A stretch of 64,000 nucleotides of DNA. It comes from Trichoplax adhaerens (Eukaryota > Animalia > Placozoa). Position 1 is the first letter of the stretch. Every line of letters starts with the position of its first letter. A model generated the notes under the pieces. The model worked only from the letters and a program-made list of their open reading frames with translations. It was not told where the DNA came from and did no database searches. Both the position numbers and the translations under genes were made by a program. Shown piece after piece: positions 13,601-24,602 of this stretch. Location of the stretch: contig NW_002060956.1 of assembly GCF_000150275.1 (NCBI RefSeq), positions 928,280 to 992,279 of the forward strand. Reading direction: 5' to 3'.

Positions 13601-16325
13601 CATATACCAAATAAATCCCATTTTATATGCGTTTTCATTTGAGCAAGAACCGCAGCCCATTAGAGTGACATTTTTTAATTCTGGAGGCGATACCTGTAAA
13701 ATAATACAATTAAATTTTAGAATTACATTCGTTTCTCATTAATTAGGTATCAATAAACAGTGACAAAATAGCCGATTATTTGATCTATGAGCAACTTGAA
13801 AGGTATCCAATTCCAAGCCATTCTAGTTATTTAATCAAGATGCAGACTTTTGGAGTATGTTTGCGGTAGGATAGTAGATTGGTAATTATCCTTAATACGC
13901 AGCTTTTATACGTAGCAGATAATGTAGCGTTACAGTAAAATGCAAATTTGTATCCTAAGTTTTGGTGAATTAGAGCTGCCACATTTACAGTTTATGAATA
14001 GACTGGCCGTAAATATTTAGTGGAATACTTGTATATGCTTTAAGCGTAATAAAGAACTTCATTTGAAACGTAAGTATACCAGAAGAGAATTATAATAGAT
14101 AGCCATTCCTAACAGTATTATGCCTGTATTAACCTCGATGATAGTCTCGTGTAATTTCGTAGGAAAGTCGACCGGTGGATTAACACCAAGCGCAGGGCGA
14201 TTAATAATAACAGACTAAGAATCAAGAATTTTAAAAACCGTGAGGAAATGTGGGTTGCATTGAAGCCAATTTTTTTAATCGAAATCATGTCTATTGATTA
14301 AAACATTAATTTACGATGGTATGGCAGTATCATCGAATTTTGAAAACTAAATTAAAATTAGCATAAATTAAGTAAATGACAATTATACCGCATTATCAGG
14401 ATTAAGTAAGGCTTGAATAAGATCAGGATGATTGTAACCCAACGGCAAAGATGCAATTTGACAGAATATGTCAAGTAATCTATTTCCATCGACGTCAACA
14501 ATATAATTGCCCTGACTTTGTTGAAAATCAGTAAAAAATTGTACTGCTGTAACATCCTATACAGTAATCAAGAATGAAATAATAATCATTACAAGTTCAA
14601 TAGATGCTGCATAACTTGATAGAGTATATTACTAGTATACAGTATGCTGTATTGTTGTTGCATATACATTGAAAACAGCTATCGATACCATCAATCCGCC
14701 TACATTAATATGTCGGCATCTAAATATATATATTTAAAATGCATTATCAGAGGTAAAAAGTCAAGTTAAATACCTGCACCATGACTTAATCTTTCACTAA
14801 CCTGTATCTGCCTTAGAGATTTTAACAATTCCTATAATTAACATAACAAATAACATTTGTTGTTTATGTTAAGTTGATGTTGATGAAACGTCATATTTTA
14901 GGAGAAGAATGCTGACACCCTGCATGTATTTTCGATGGTAGATTATTTTTCTTTTAATTTATTTTGAAGATCGAAGCAAAAAAGTGAAATAATCTTGGTC
15001 ACACTAAAAGTTTACTGAGCGCATATCAAAAGTAGTTTATTTGGTGACAGCTTTGCTTTTAGGGTATTTTAGTCCGGTCTTAATATAGCTCGATTTCATT
15101 TCACATAGATCAAACTACAGTACATTATTGGTAAAGACTTAATAGATAGCATGATTACCACTAAAGATGTACGATATAATACGGTATGGTACAATTTTCA
15201 TATGTTAATATAATCCTTCTGGCATAGCACGAACTGTACTGTATAGTGTAGGTGCTGAAAAAGAGTGACGGAATACCTTTGAACGAGGACCAGGCATCGG
15301 TGTTTTCATTAATGGTTGACTATAGGTATCAAAACGACGCTTTTGGTTGGTTTCCGTAGAAGCTTGCTGGAGTGAATACCATTCTGCATAGCAAAGATAT
15401 ATTGTTAGAATCAGACTGAAATTGGTAATAAAAATTCTTATAGTCCATGGCAAATTTAACCCATTACATTACTATGATAGCATAATAACCCTTCAGATAA
15501 TTCATGTATTGTAGCTACTGAAATAATGCATGCTGTATACTGTATACGCGTATGCTTAGAATTAGGCATATTAGTACAGTAGTAATGCTAATTGCATATG
15601 AGTTTGCAATATGAGTAGGTACTTGCAGACTGAATGTGATACCCTTTAAAAGAATAAGTCCGTATTCATGATATCATAATATCCAGATATCATTTTGCTG
15701 TCAATATTTTAAAACAGCGTTGATAACTTCACCATCAGTAAACATAAACTATAATGTAATTGTCTTATTCATTGATTACGATGGCAAGAAGGAAGATAAT
15801 GTATGAATAATATGTATCGTACTGCATGGAAAAGCGAATGTGGCGAAGACGTACATATACTGTACTGGTGCGTAAAATAGAGTAGAATATCAAGTGTTCC
15901 TAAAGGCAAGTCTTGCATGCATTATACTCCTAGGCAATCAAGTTTATTAATGAGAAATATTAACATGATTATCAACAGCTAATTACAGGCTATAAGTTAT
16001 ATATAGACACGATGGCGATGGCGATGACGATGAAGAAAGGTACAATGACAATCTGCAAGACAGGCACTGCACTGAACTGGATTCAAGATCGATAAGGTGA
16101 AAGATTGCAGTCTGTATGCTTTCGAGTCATCGGTCTGAAAATGCCTTCATGTAGCTCGCTAAGTACTGCACGACTATTTTCCTATATGGTATACGAGTAT
16201 GACTGTGTGAATGACAAGCTGATTCTATATCATTCAAACTTACTTTGTATACCATTCTGGAGTCTCTTTATAAGACGAAAGGTATTGCCATGGGCGTTGA
16301 CCGATTGCTTAGGTAGTAAAAACAT
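10629..16325 (-). CDS. ABAT: 4-aminobutyrate aminotransferase (GABA transaminase), mitochondrial, 16 coding exons
   Basis: Spliced exons run from 16325-16244 ([28 protein letters not shown], basic presequence-like) to 10750-10629. Motifs: [120 protein letters not shown] (PLP lysine), [17 protein letters not shown]. Internal boundaries may be off by a few nt. Confidence 0.96.
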
Positions 16326-16900
16326 GGTCGGCGTGACAGAGTCGATGTTGGCAAGGTTTAAATTTTCAATTAGTATTGACTTGAAGAGTGTAAAAAAGAA
16401 TTTGCAAGTTGAAGCTGAACCACTAAAGCCGGTCAAGCATCTACCTATACAGGAGAAAAAATGCTTTGGAAAGAACACTAGTAGATTTGGATGCTGGTTT
16501 GTCTAGGATGAAGGGAGATCAGTTGGCACTAGGTCAGAGTCAGTTTGGATCGTTGTTGGGGCCTCTTGCTGGAATCTGTGTGCTTTCAATGCAATTTGCT
16601 GGATTTATGGATCGATGTTGTCTTGCAGGTGTTGACTGATTGTCTACTTGTTATTCTACGTATTCTATTAATAATGCAGTCAATGAACTGGTTTATTTAT
16701 TCATCAGTCAGCAGATTGATTGTTATTCAAAGCAACCATTGGAAAACATAAGATGGCTACTTTACCTATCAAGCAAGATGGCGTCGGGGTCTACCTACTT
16801 TGAAGAGAAACACGGTAGCGTCACTTTTAAATCGCGTCAACCACCACTTGTGCACAATCTATTATTTATCGCTGAAGGTGTCGTCTGTTGTCGTCAGTTG
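16326..16900 (-). promoter_or_regulatory. Probable ABAT 5'UTR (two exons, intron 16644-16765) with a YY1-type motif
   Basis: Minus-strand donor GATAG|GTAAAG at 16765 and acceptor TAG at 16644. CAAGATGGCG (YY1 consensus core) at 16774-16783. The transcription start position is a guess. Confidence 0.5.
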
Positions 16901-16961
16901 TTGAAAGAAAAGATGGAAGATAGAGTACTGTACTGTACTGTAGACTGTAGACTGTACAGTA

Positions 16962-17745
16962 TGGGCGGATCGACGAGTAACTACGCACTCTCTTTCCCTT
17001 CCGTCCTATCCCTGTATGTACTGTACTGTACAGTACATTAGATATCATAATGTGCTTTAAGACCATTAACTAATCTTAATATAGCATTCATCCGTGAATA
17101 CATTACTGAAAAGTAGTATTCTGCAAACATTGCTGTGAATAGAGTAGTGCCTGGCTATTACCGGGATATAAATAATGTCGAATGGTAATACTATCTGTTA
17201 ATTATTAACAAATAAGTACATTATCGTAAGCCGTCAGCAAAGCGACGTGAATTTGTACTAGTATATACTGTACTGTACTGTACTCAATTGTGCAGTATTG
17301 TTTTCTTTTCTTTTACCGTATCCCCTCGGTGGGCGGATCGACGAGTAACTACGCACTCTCTTTCCCTTCCGTCCTATCCCTGTATGTACTGTACTGTACA
17401 TTAGATATCATAATGTGCTTTAAGACCATTAACTAATCTTAATATAGCATTCATCCGTGAATACATTACTGAAAAGTAGTATTCTACAAACATTGCTGTG
17501 AATAGAGTAGTGCCTGGCTATTACCGGGATATAAATAATGTCGAATGGTAATACTATCTGTTAATTATTAACAAATAAGTACATTATCGTAAGCCGTCAG
17601 CAAAGCGACGTGAATTTGTACTAGTATATACTGTACTGTACTGTACTCAATTGTGCAGTATTGTTTTCTTTTCTTTTACCGTATCCCCTCGGTGGGCGGA
17701 TCGACGAGTAACTACGCACTCTCTTTCCCTTCCGTCCAATCCCTG
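16962..17745. repeat. Near-perfect tandem duplication, ~365-bp unit, about 2.15 copies
   Basis: GGGCGGATCGACGAGTAACTACGCACTCTCTTTCCCTTCCGTCC recurs at 16963, 17331 and 17694 (periods 368 and 363). The intervening sequence is almost identical between copies. Confidence 0.95.
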
Positions 17746-18200
17746 TACAGTACAGTACAGTATCTACAGTACACTTGTACAGTGTACAGTACTGTACAGC
17801 GTGTTTACAGTACTGTGTTTTCAGATTGCCAAAATCCTTCTCGGGGTGCTTGAAAAATGAAAAGACCTCCAAAGTGCATACCAGTGTATACGGGTACATA
17901 GGATATTGAATGTGACTATTACTTAATTAGTCTGTTGAATTTTAAAGCAAGATTCTGACAACAAAATAAACACGCTGGTCATGTTAGGGTTGTACTGTAC
18001 TGTATACCTTTTTAGGAGGTCTACGGAATCTACAGTAAGCTTTCTACTTGGAAGTTCTAACCATTGCTAACCATTATGCTTCTTGCCGATGTTTTTAACA
18101 TACTGTACAAGTATTGTAGTTATTATGTGCCATACTGTACTGTAGGTACTGCACTAATCTTAGCACTTTCCAAATGTCAGTACAGTAGTACTGTAGAGCA

Positions 18201-18352
18201 GTGTTCCTGCTTTAGTAGCCCCTGGTAGAAGCCTGTTTGGACAAACTGTGTGTACTAGTAGAAGCAAGAGAAAACCTTTTTCTCTTACCTTTTACAATGA
18301 TAGAACAGAAGAGTACCGCACAACGACAAGTCGTCAAAAATTCGTTCTTGAC
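18201..18352 (+). ncRNA. Candidate small structured RNA A (unidentified)
   Basis: Starts GTGTTCCTGC. Stems: TGCTTT/GAAGCA, CTGGTA/TACTAG (G-U on + strand), perfect AAGAGAAAA/TTTTCTCTT, and a GTCAAAAA-TTCG-TTCTTGAC UUCG hairpin. Shares upstream motif blocks with candidate B. Confidence 0.3.
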
Positions 18353-18762
18353 TAATTGTACAGTACAGTACTGTACACTGTACAGTACAGTACGGTATGT
18401 AGAGGAGACCTTACGGTGTACTGTACAGTATAGTATACAGTACTGTTACTACTGAAGTCTGGAACAGTAGTGCACTGTACAGCAAAATTTTTCTGTCGCA
18501 ATGGTGTGACCGAGGTACAGTTATTGATACTACGTATATTCAAAAATAAAATAAAATAAAAAAATAAATAATAATAATAATACGATATCAAAAAATCTCG
18601 ATGGGTACAGTAACTGCAGGGTGCGTAGCTCTGTTGGCGTTCTCATTATTCACCCCACTGTCTATACCATGATTTTGTGCTGTACTTTTTTATAGGTGGT
18701 AACTTTATTTACGTGGTAGTTTTGCATGAGATGTTTATTATTATAATTATTATTATTACAGC

Positions 18763-19128
18763 GGTTGCCTACCAAGTTGAAACGATTTAGTGTTCTAAGT
18801 ACAGACTATAGACCATTCAGGCTGATACAACCTTGGGTTGTCGACTCTCTTGAACACTGATGGCTTCATGTAACAAAAGCCTGCAGACCTCTAGCTCCAC
18901 CAGGCTGCACACAGTCGACAGTCCATTCCCATAGCAAGTATCAACAATTTGCCATACTATAAAACTATAAATCAGCGTTTCAACCATTTTTCAATGCCGT
19001 ATTAAGTTGGCAATTCAAGCATTCGCTCTGTCAGCATGCAATAGCTTTTGAATACAATAAGACGATATTGTCAACATTTCTACAGCGATCCAATTTTCCC
19101 GCATCTCTCTCACTCGGCAAGAACACCC
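18763..19128 (-). ncRNA. Candidate ~365-nt structured RNA B (unidentified family)
   Basis: On the minus strand, 5' CTTGCCGAG pairs with 3' CTTGGTAGG. A long interrupted helix pairs 18952-18985 with 18775-18804 (~28 bp). A further helix pairs 18913-18926 with 18801-18814, plus several hairpins. Many non-Watson-Crick positions are G-U on this strand. No ORF. Confidence 0.5.
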
Positions 19129-19729
19129 AGTAACAGGACAGTACAACAGTATACAGAGTACAGTATAGTACAATCTTCACAATCTCTTTCTTTTAAAAGA
19201 TTGTGGAATACTGCACAGCATGTTTAACTTGGTTTTAGAATTTCCAAGTAAAAAATCGACTTCCTTCATTGCAATTAAAATAACTTCATATTCTATGTGT
19301 ACTGTCTATCCATGCCTGCTAATTCTACTTTAACGATGCACTACGCAGGCACACAGTATACCCGCGTAAAAAATGCCGATGCCACACCACACCGGCTTTC
19401 CGTAACATTACCGTGCGGTAACGTTCTCAACATGCTATACAGTTTCTCGAAGAAGGAACTTTTACTATACTACAGCTTATAAATGACGTTACAGCATGCG
19501 TATCATAATGTTGCGTATTGTACGTCCACTTTCAAAACAACTTCCAATACCGTATCATTGGTAACACTTCTACTGAACTCTGAACGTGCGGGTTCTGTAC
19601 TGGACTGACACTGTCCTGGACCTCTCCAACGGCGGTACTAGTACCGTACTGTGCTAAAAGCCCAATCGTCATAAATAATAATATTACCGTAATTGAGATA
19701 TCAAAAAAAAGATTCATCGTCCCAAATTG

Positions 19730-20593
19730 GATGGCCATTTTAGCTGAAATCTAATTCATTTATCCATCTAGGTGAGTATATTAATCAAGGTATTGTAGGA
19801 TGATGATTTCAAATTAATCTATACATCTTCCATACCAATAAAATACTTCTTCATATCTATATCATTCATGCATATTGACTCAAAATTTCCATATCATCAA
19901 GTAGAATGATTGACGATGATCCAGTCGTCTACAGTATTTGCTTCGTCTACAACTATTGGATATATACAGTTATCATCTTCTCCTTGTAAAATGATCATAA
20001 GTTCAATGTTAGTTAGCATTCATTGAAATAGAGATAACTATGCTGGAATAATTGTAGCACTGTATGGATAACTTGTAACTCTAAAATTGTTGTTGATGAT
20101 GATAACATGGACAAGATGTAAGATATAGACACTCTCTGTAAATAATCAATTTACAACTTGAAAACTCCAATTTTGATTCCGATCTCATGCATATATTAGG
20201 TTCATTCCATTTATCCATCATTTCATTTCATGCAATCTACTAGTGATTGTTGACGGAGCAAGGAAAGAAGCAATCGTGGCGGTGAGTATTACTTTGATCA
20301 ATCGAATATAGCTACTCCGTCTTTCATCGATGCAGCTCTAAATCGAGTTTGATCAATGTGCATGCACTGACAAATTTATTTCTATTGGTAAATGCGCACA
20401 TGAAAAATACCACTGATGATAGCAAAGTAATTGATCGCTTGGTGAATATCTTTTCAATCTTAAGCGTTCTCAACTGATTTGCCTTCCTTGTTCAATATCA
20501 TCTCATCATTGTCGTTGTTCATAGACGTTAAAGGGTAGTCAAAGGTCTACTACGCCTGATAACTAGGGTGATTGTTTACCATTGATGAAGTAG
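19730..20593 (+). other. Probable spliced non-coding leader exons (..19771, 20200-20281, 20525-~20593)
   Basis: Strong donors AG|GTGAGT at 19772 and CG|GTGAGT at 20282. Acceptors end at 20199 and 20524. No sustained ORF. YY1-like GCCATTTT near 19733. Confidence 0.4.
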
Positions 20594-21230
20594 GTTATAG
20601 AGACGTATAATCGGACATGTACAATACTTTAATGCAATGATTCACACAGTACTTTGCCATTTTTGAGTTAAACGAGCTTTACTAAAAGACTTACACTACA
20701 TATCCAGTCTCCAATGATTTGATGATTATGCTGATGTTGATAATGATTACATCTCCTGTAACCAGGCGTTTCTTAGGGTTATTAATGTATTCAGTCTTCA
20801 AAGTTTTTCGCTACACTAAATATGATTATTGTAAATTAGTTCCATAGCTCGAAATAATTTCGTCCAAAACAGTTCTCTACTAAAAATTGGCCAGCCACCG
20901 CGATTTACGTGAAAATATCTTATTAAATCTGCAGTCAATAATTCACAAACTTTTCGACTTGCAATAATTTTTAAAAGGATAATTAAACTGAAGATAATGG
21001 GCATTGCAGATCCCTTTTCACCTTCGTCTCATGATTTGCACAGTGTATATAGATCTCTTCTTAATTGTCAATATGCGCGTATATATATTACTTCTGATCG
21101 TTGTCTTGCTTTACGCTTAAATGCGGCATAATCTAGCTAGCGATGAGCCGTTACTACAGTACTCCTTATTGACTGCAGATAGCTATCACTATAACTCTTT
21201 CCAGCGACTTTTACCTGGAGTGCATGTAGG

Positions 21231-21280
21231 NNNNNNNNNNNNNNNNNNNNNNNNNNNNNNNNNNNNNNNNNNNNNNNNNN
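21231..21280. other. Assembly gap (50 N)
   Basis: Run of N. Confidence 1.
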
Positions 21281-21769
21281 TAAAAAGGATAATCATCTTC
21301 AGGTGTTCTATAACGAAACAGTTGTCCATCTACTTACCTATAATACATTATAAACGGCCATGTACCTTCGATTCGGTTTTAATATCTCACAAGTCATCAA
21401 CTATGCATTGAAAGCTAAAACTTATTTTCCGTTCATCCATCGTTTCACGTATATAATATCTGCATGATGTTCAAAAACTGAAATCTACAGCGTAAATCCT
21501 TCAGATCGCTGTCTATTTTCACCTTCGTACGATATTTTATGTACATATAGACAGCTATTAGCAATTTTCTCGATAAAATGAACTGCTTTTTTTTCATCTT
21601 GGCTAGTTACTAGTTACTTTGAAAGAATAAAGTACATTTTGTACAGTAGTAGCGATGTTGTCTCGGTTAACATGTTGATATTAAGATAATATGCTAGATA
21701 TTACTAGGCTTAATATTTATCGCTTTAAGCCTCGATGTAATATTGTAGTAAAGAGATGAGAACGGCCTT

Positions 21770-24175
21770 ACCGGATTTAGTAGAATCCAGTCATTTGCTT
21801 AGTCTAGACCTTTACGAGTACTCGTATAAGCGCTTGGAAACAATTTAGATATGGGGGACAAGATACAACGTCTTCAAAATACACGATTGGGACCACGAAA
21901 TTAAAATTTATTCACGATCATATCAAGAGGATAACCGTGAAATTTGAAAGCTTTATCTTTCTAAGATTGTAAAATTAAATAGGATATTTTCATCTCTGGA
22001 ACAATATCCAACAGCGATTTCAAGGATATCTTGCATAGCATCCGACGTCATGTAGACTCAAATCTGTAATAAAATCTAAAGTTAGTAAAATCGCTTAACA
22101 TTAAAGATAATTCATTTGCCGAATATGGGTTACTACTACTGTACAGTACTGTTCACTTTTGGTATCCAGGCTCATTTTCTGTTTTTCGACTATGTTATTG
22201 TAGTCTTTTTCTTTTTCTTTAGTAGTTCTTGTTATAGTTTGGTGTTGATGAAATATAGTTTACCGCTACCCTACAGTAGCCATCCCTAGACAGTAGATAT
22301 GCGTTTAGTCTTCGTTTAAAGCTCGATGTAGAGTGTGCGCGTATTCAGGACATTGAGAGATTGATACCTTAATGTTTTCATTGTGGATTAGGATCTTTTG
22401 AAGGAGAATCTACGAGTATTGGGATACGATACCAATCATACTATACTGTACAATTTTTTAGATCTCTTTTCGCTGTTACATCTAGGAATTATAACTGACT
22501 ATATAAAGGTTAACTACATTTTGATTTTAGATAACATCAGATTGTATTCAGTTTCAAATTAAAAATTTGTAATGTTAACGATGATAACAGCACTGTATCG
22601 TATATATTTAGCATTAATAAGTTTAAGTTAATACTATCGGATTCCTATACGAGTAGTCCTTGGTAACGACATATGTGCAGCACAGTACGAGTTCGTGGAT
22701 CTACCAACAGTTCAGCTACTGACTACAGTACATCAACTTTTTTGTATAGGCATTTTTGACGGACATTTTACGCGTACATTAAAATTGATCGATCTAATGA
22801 ATGTACTCGTACATCAAATTAAATAGGTACATACGTTTTCATGAAGTTAGCTTATGGTATACACGATACAGTGCATAACTTAATAATATTAAACTTCAAT
22901 CGATCATAAAAATTTCGTTTTCTACATCATACTTTTTCAGATGCAGTGGAATTGTGAGTTTATCTGTATGATCGTTATATTTCTAAATTGCTTTAAATTT
23001 TACTTTATTTTTCTTAATACTGTAATTGCTCACAACGTATATCAATAACAGCAAACTATGGGTAAAACATGTTCGCCTACTCGATTGTCATCTCACGAGT
23101 CATTCTTGATCACCAAAAGACACATGTTGTAACACACTAATATTGTAGTTTTCTGTTTCACATCTACAGAGGTCTGCCAGAATAACTAGCTTGATAATGC
23201 AGAAAATAATACGCTGTCGTTGAGTATGTTTTCTGTCATTAGTGAGCTCTTATTGTATCATAAATCTTTCGAAGTATGAGTATAAGCATACTTTAAAAGC
23301 TCGTTAGGGATTGTTACGTGGATTCAGCTAATGTAATAAAGTCATCCAAAGTCTTCGAATATTGCTTGATTTTCTATAGTCGTTTGCTTCTGTACTATAG
23401 AAGCTTTCCGTCCACCGTTCGAGCGTATGTCTTAATATTTTCATCTCGGAAAATCATAATCATGATGATTTCTACTAACACCACATACTGTACATATTGT
23501 CAGATGGTAGGTGGTATCCTAGACTTCACTTTTCATCACTACTGTATATTATTCGGAAAGTAAAGATACAATATTGATTTCACATTTTTTACATTTATTT
23601 CTATCATTAGATAAATATTAATATTATTATGGTTTCCTAAATGCTCCTTTGTTCAGAGAAGGGAGAGGAGAGCGTATTGCAATCGGGGCTGACGAGTACA
23701 TCGATGATCCCCATTTTTAACCTTCCTAGAATCATACATACAGTATCTACCGTTTGTATCAGAACTGATGACTATTAAAATCTTGGGTTATCAAAAGTTT
23801 ACCTCTTGACTTGACAGGCTAGTTGCACAACTTAATACAGCCTATTGACGCTTACTGGTAGTAATTGCTCACTAATAAACAATATTACTTATTTCTGCTA
23901 AAACTGCTTTGATATCGATCATAAGATATCTACATTGATGTCCTCCCTTAATTTCTCTAGCTGTAGTTCGTGCACTCGTATATTGTAATCTGGAAATGAC
24001 CGAGCGGTCCAGATTGAATGTCACTGAGATTGATATGTGTAAGTTCATGTCTTTTTTTGATCTACGTAACTATAATACGATTTCCTCCAATATAGAACGA
24101 AAATTAATCTACCTGATGTTCCTAAAGTAATTTTTGAGCATCCAGCCAATGATCAATCGTAGCAGATAGTACTAT
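21770..24175 (-). pseudogene. Possible decayed spliced gene relic, family unknown
   Basis: Exon-like minus-strand blocks, several with AG/GT ends, translate to protein-like text broken by stops or frameshifts. Examples: FRDENIKTYARTVDGKLL*YRSKRL*KIKQYSKTLDDFITLAES (~23320-23450), DQKRHELTHINLSDIQSG (~24005-24060), MTSDAMQDILEIAVGYCSRDENILFNFTILER* (~21950-22050). Confidence 0.25.
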
Positions 24176-24602
24176 TCAATTTATTAAACATTTTTCCTAC
24201 TCTATCCTACATTAATCCAAACAACGATGAATAAAATTTAATCAAGGTTCAAAAAGACAGCAGGACATGTTTGTAAATGTGGAATATGTTATCTAAGATG
24301 GAGTCAAACGGAATCACGCATTAATACATATTGCATAGGGTAGCACAGAAAGAGATTCGCAACTCTGTTTATGCTAGATGTACGATTGCATATATTTGTT
24401 AGTATAACTACAGTAGGAATTTTTAGAGAAAATTCTTGAAAAGTCCTTGATTACAGTATACCTTTGTGAACACGTGAGTACAGTAGGTCTCTACGTACAG
24501 TCAGAGTATCTGAAAAACGGTCCAGAGAAGTCCCTGATAATACGGACCGCATAGCTTTGCAATATCTAAATTATTATTATGATACCGCTGAAAATTACAC
24601 TG

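Larger units (their letters stand above)
16926..19172. repeat. Patchy (TACTG/CAGTA)n pentamer-rich low-complexity zone
   Basis: Clusters near 16926-16960, 17020-17036, 17265-17285, 17630-17645, 17745-17820, 17990-18005, 18100-18195, 18358-18480 and 19140-19172, in both orientations. Confidence 0.85.
18041..19254. promoter_or_regulatory. Inverted pair of shared motif blocks upstream of RNA candidates A and B
   Basis: TTTCTACTTGGAAGTTCTAA (+, 18041-18060) versus TTTTTACTTGGAAATTCTAA (-, 19254-19235), 18/20 identical. Second block AACATACTGTACAAGTATT (+, ends 18115) versus AACATGCTGTGCAGTATT (-, ends 19207). Confidence 0.5.

Noticed and set aside
16970-16995. GAGTAACTACGCACTCTCTT resembles the 28S rRNA segment GAGTAACTATGACTCTCTT
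   Set aside because: Short and imperfect, with no flanking rRNA similarity.
16962-17745. Tandem ~365-bp unit as a retrozyme with a hammerhead ribozyme
   Set aside because: The closest core on the minus strand is CTGACGG...GATA, which breaks the invariant CUGANGA and GAAA.
17983-17992. GTTAGGGTTG as a telomerase template (CAACCCUAAC on the minus strand)
   Set aside because: It lies 3' of, and far from, the structured candidate, and I saw no adjacent pseudoknot.
16640-18591. ORFs rich in YCTVQ/STVLY
   Set aside because: They are translations of TACTG repeats and the duplication, with no domain signal.
19075-19128. U6-like words in candidate B (AAAATTGGATCG)
   Set aside because: No ACAGAGA box or AGC triad context. 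U6 is too conserved for this level of divergence.
19633-19646. 14-bp palindrome CGGTACTAGTACCG
   Set aside because: Single occurrence in a GTAC-rich context, no assignable function.
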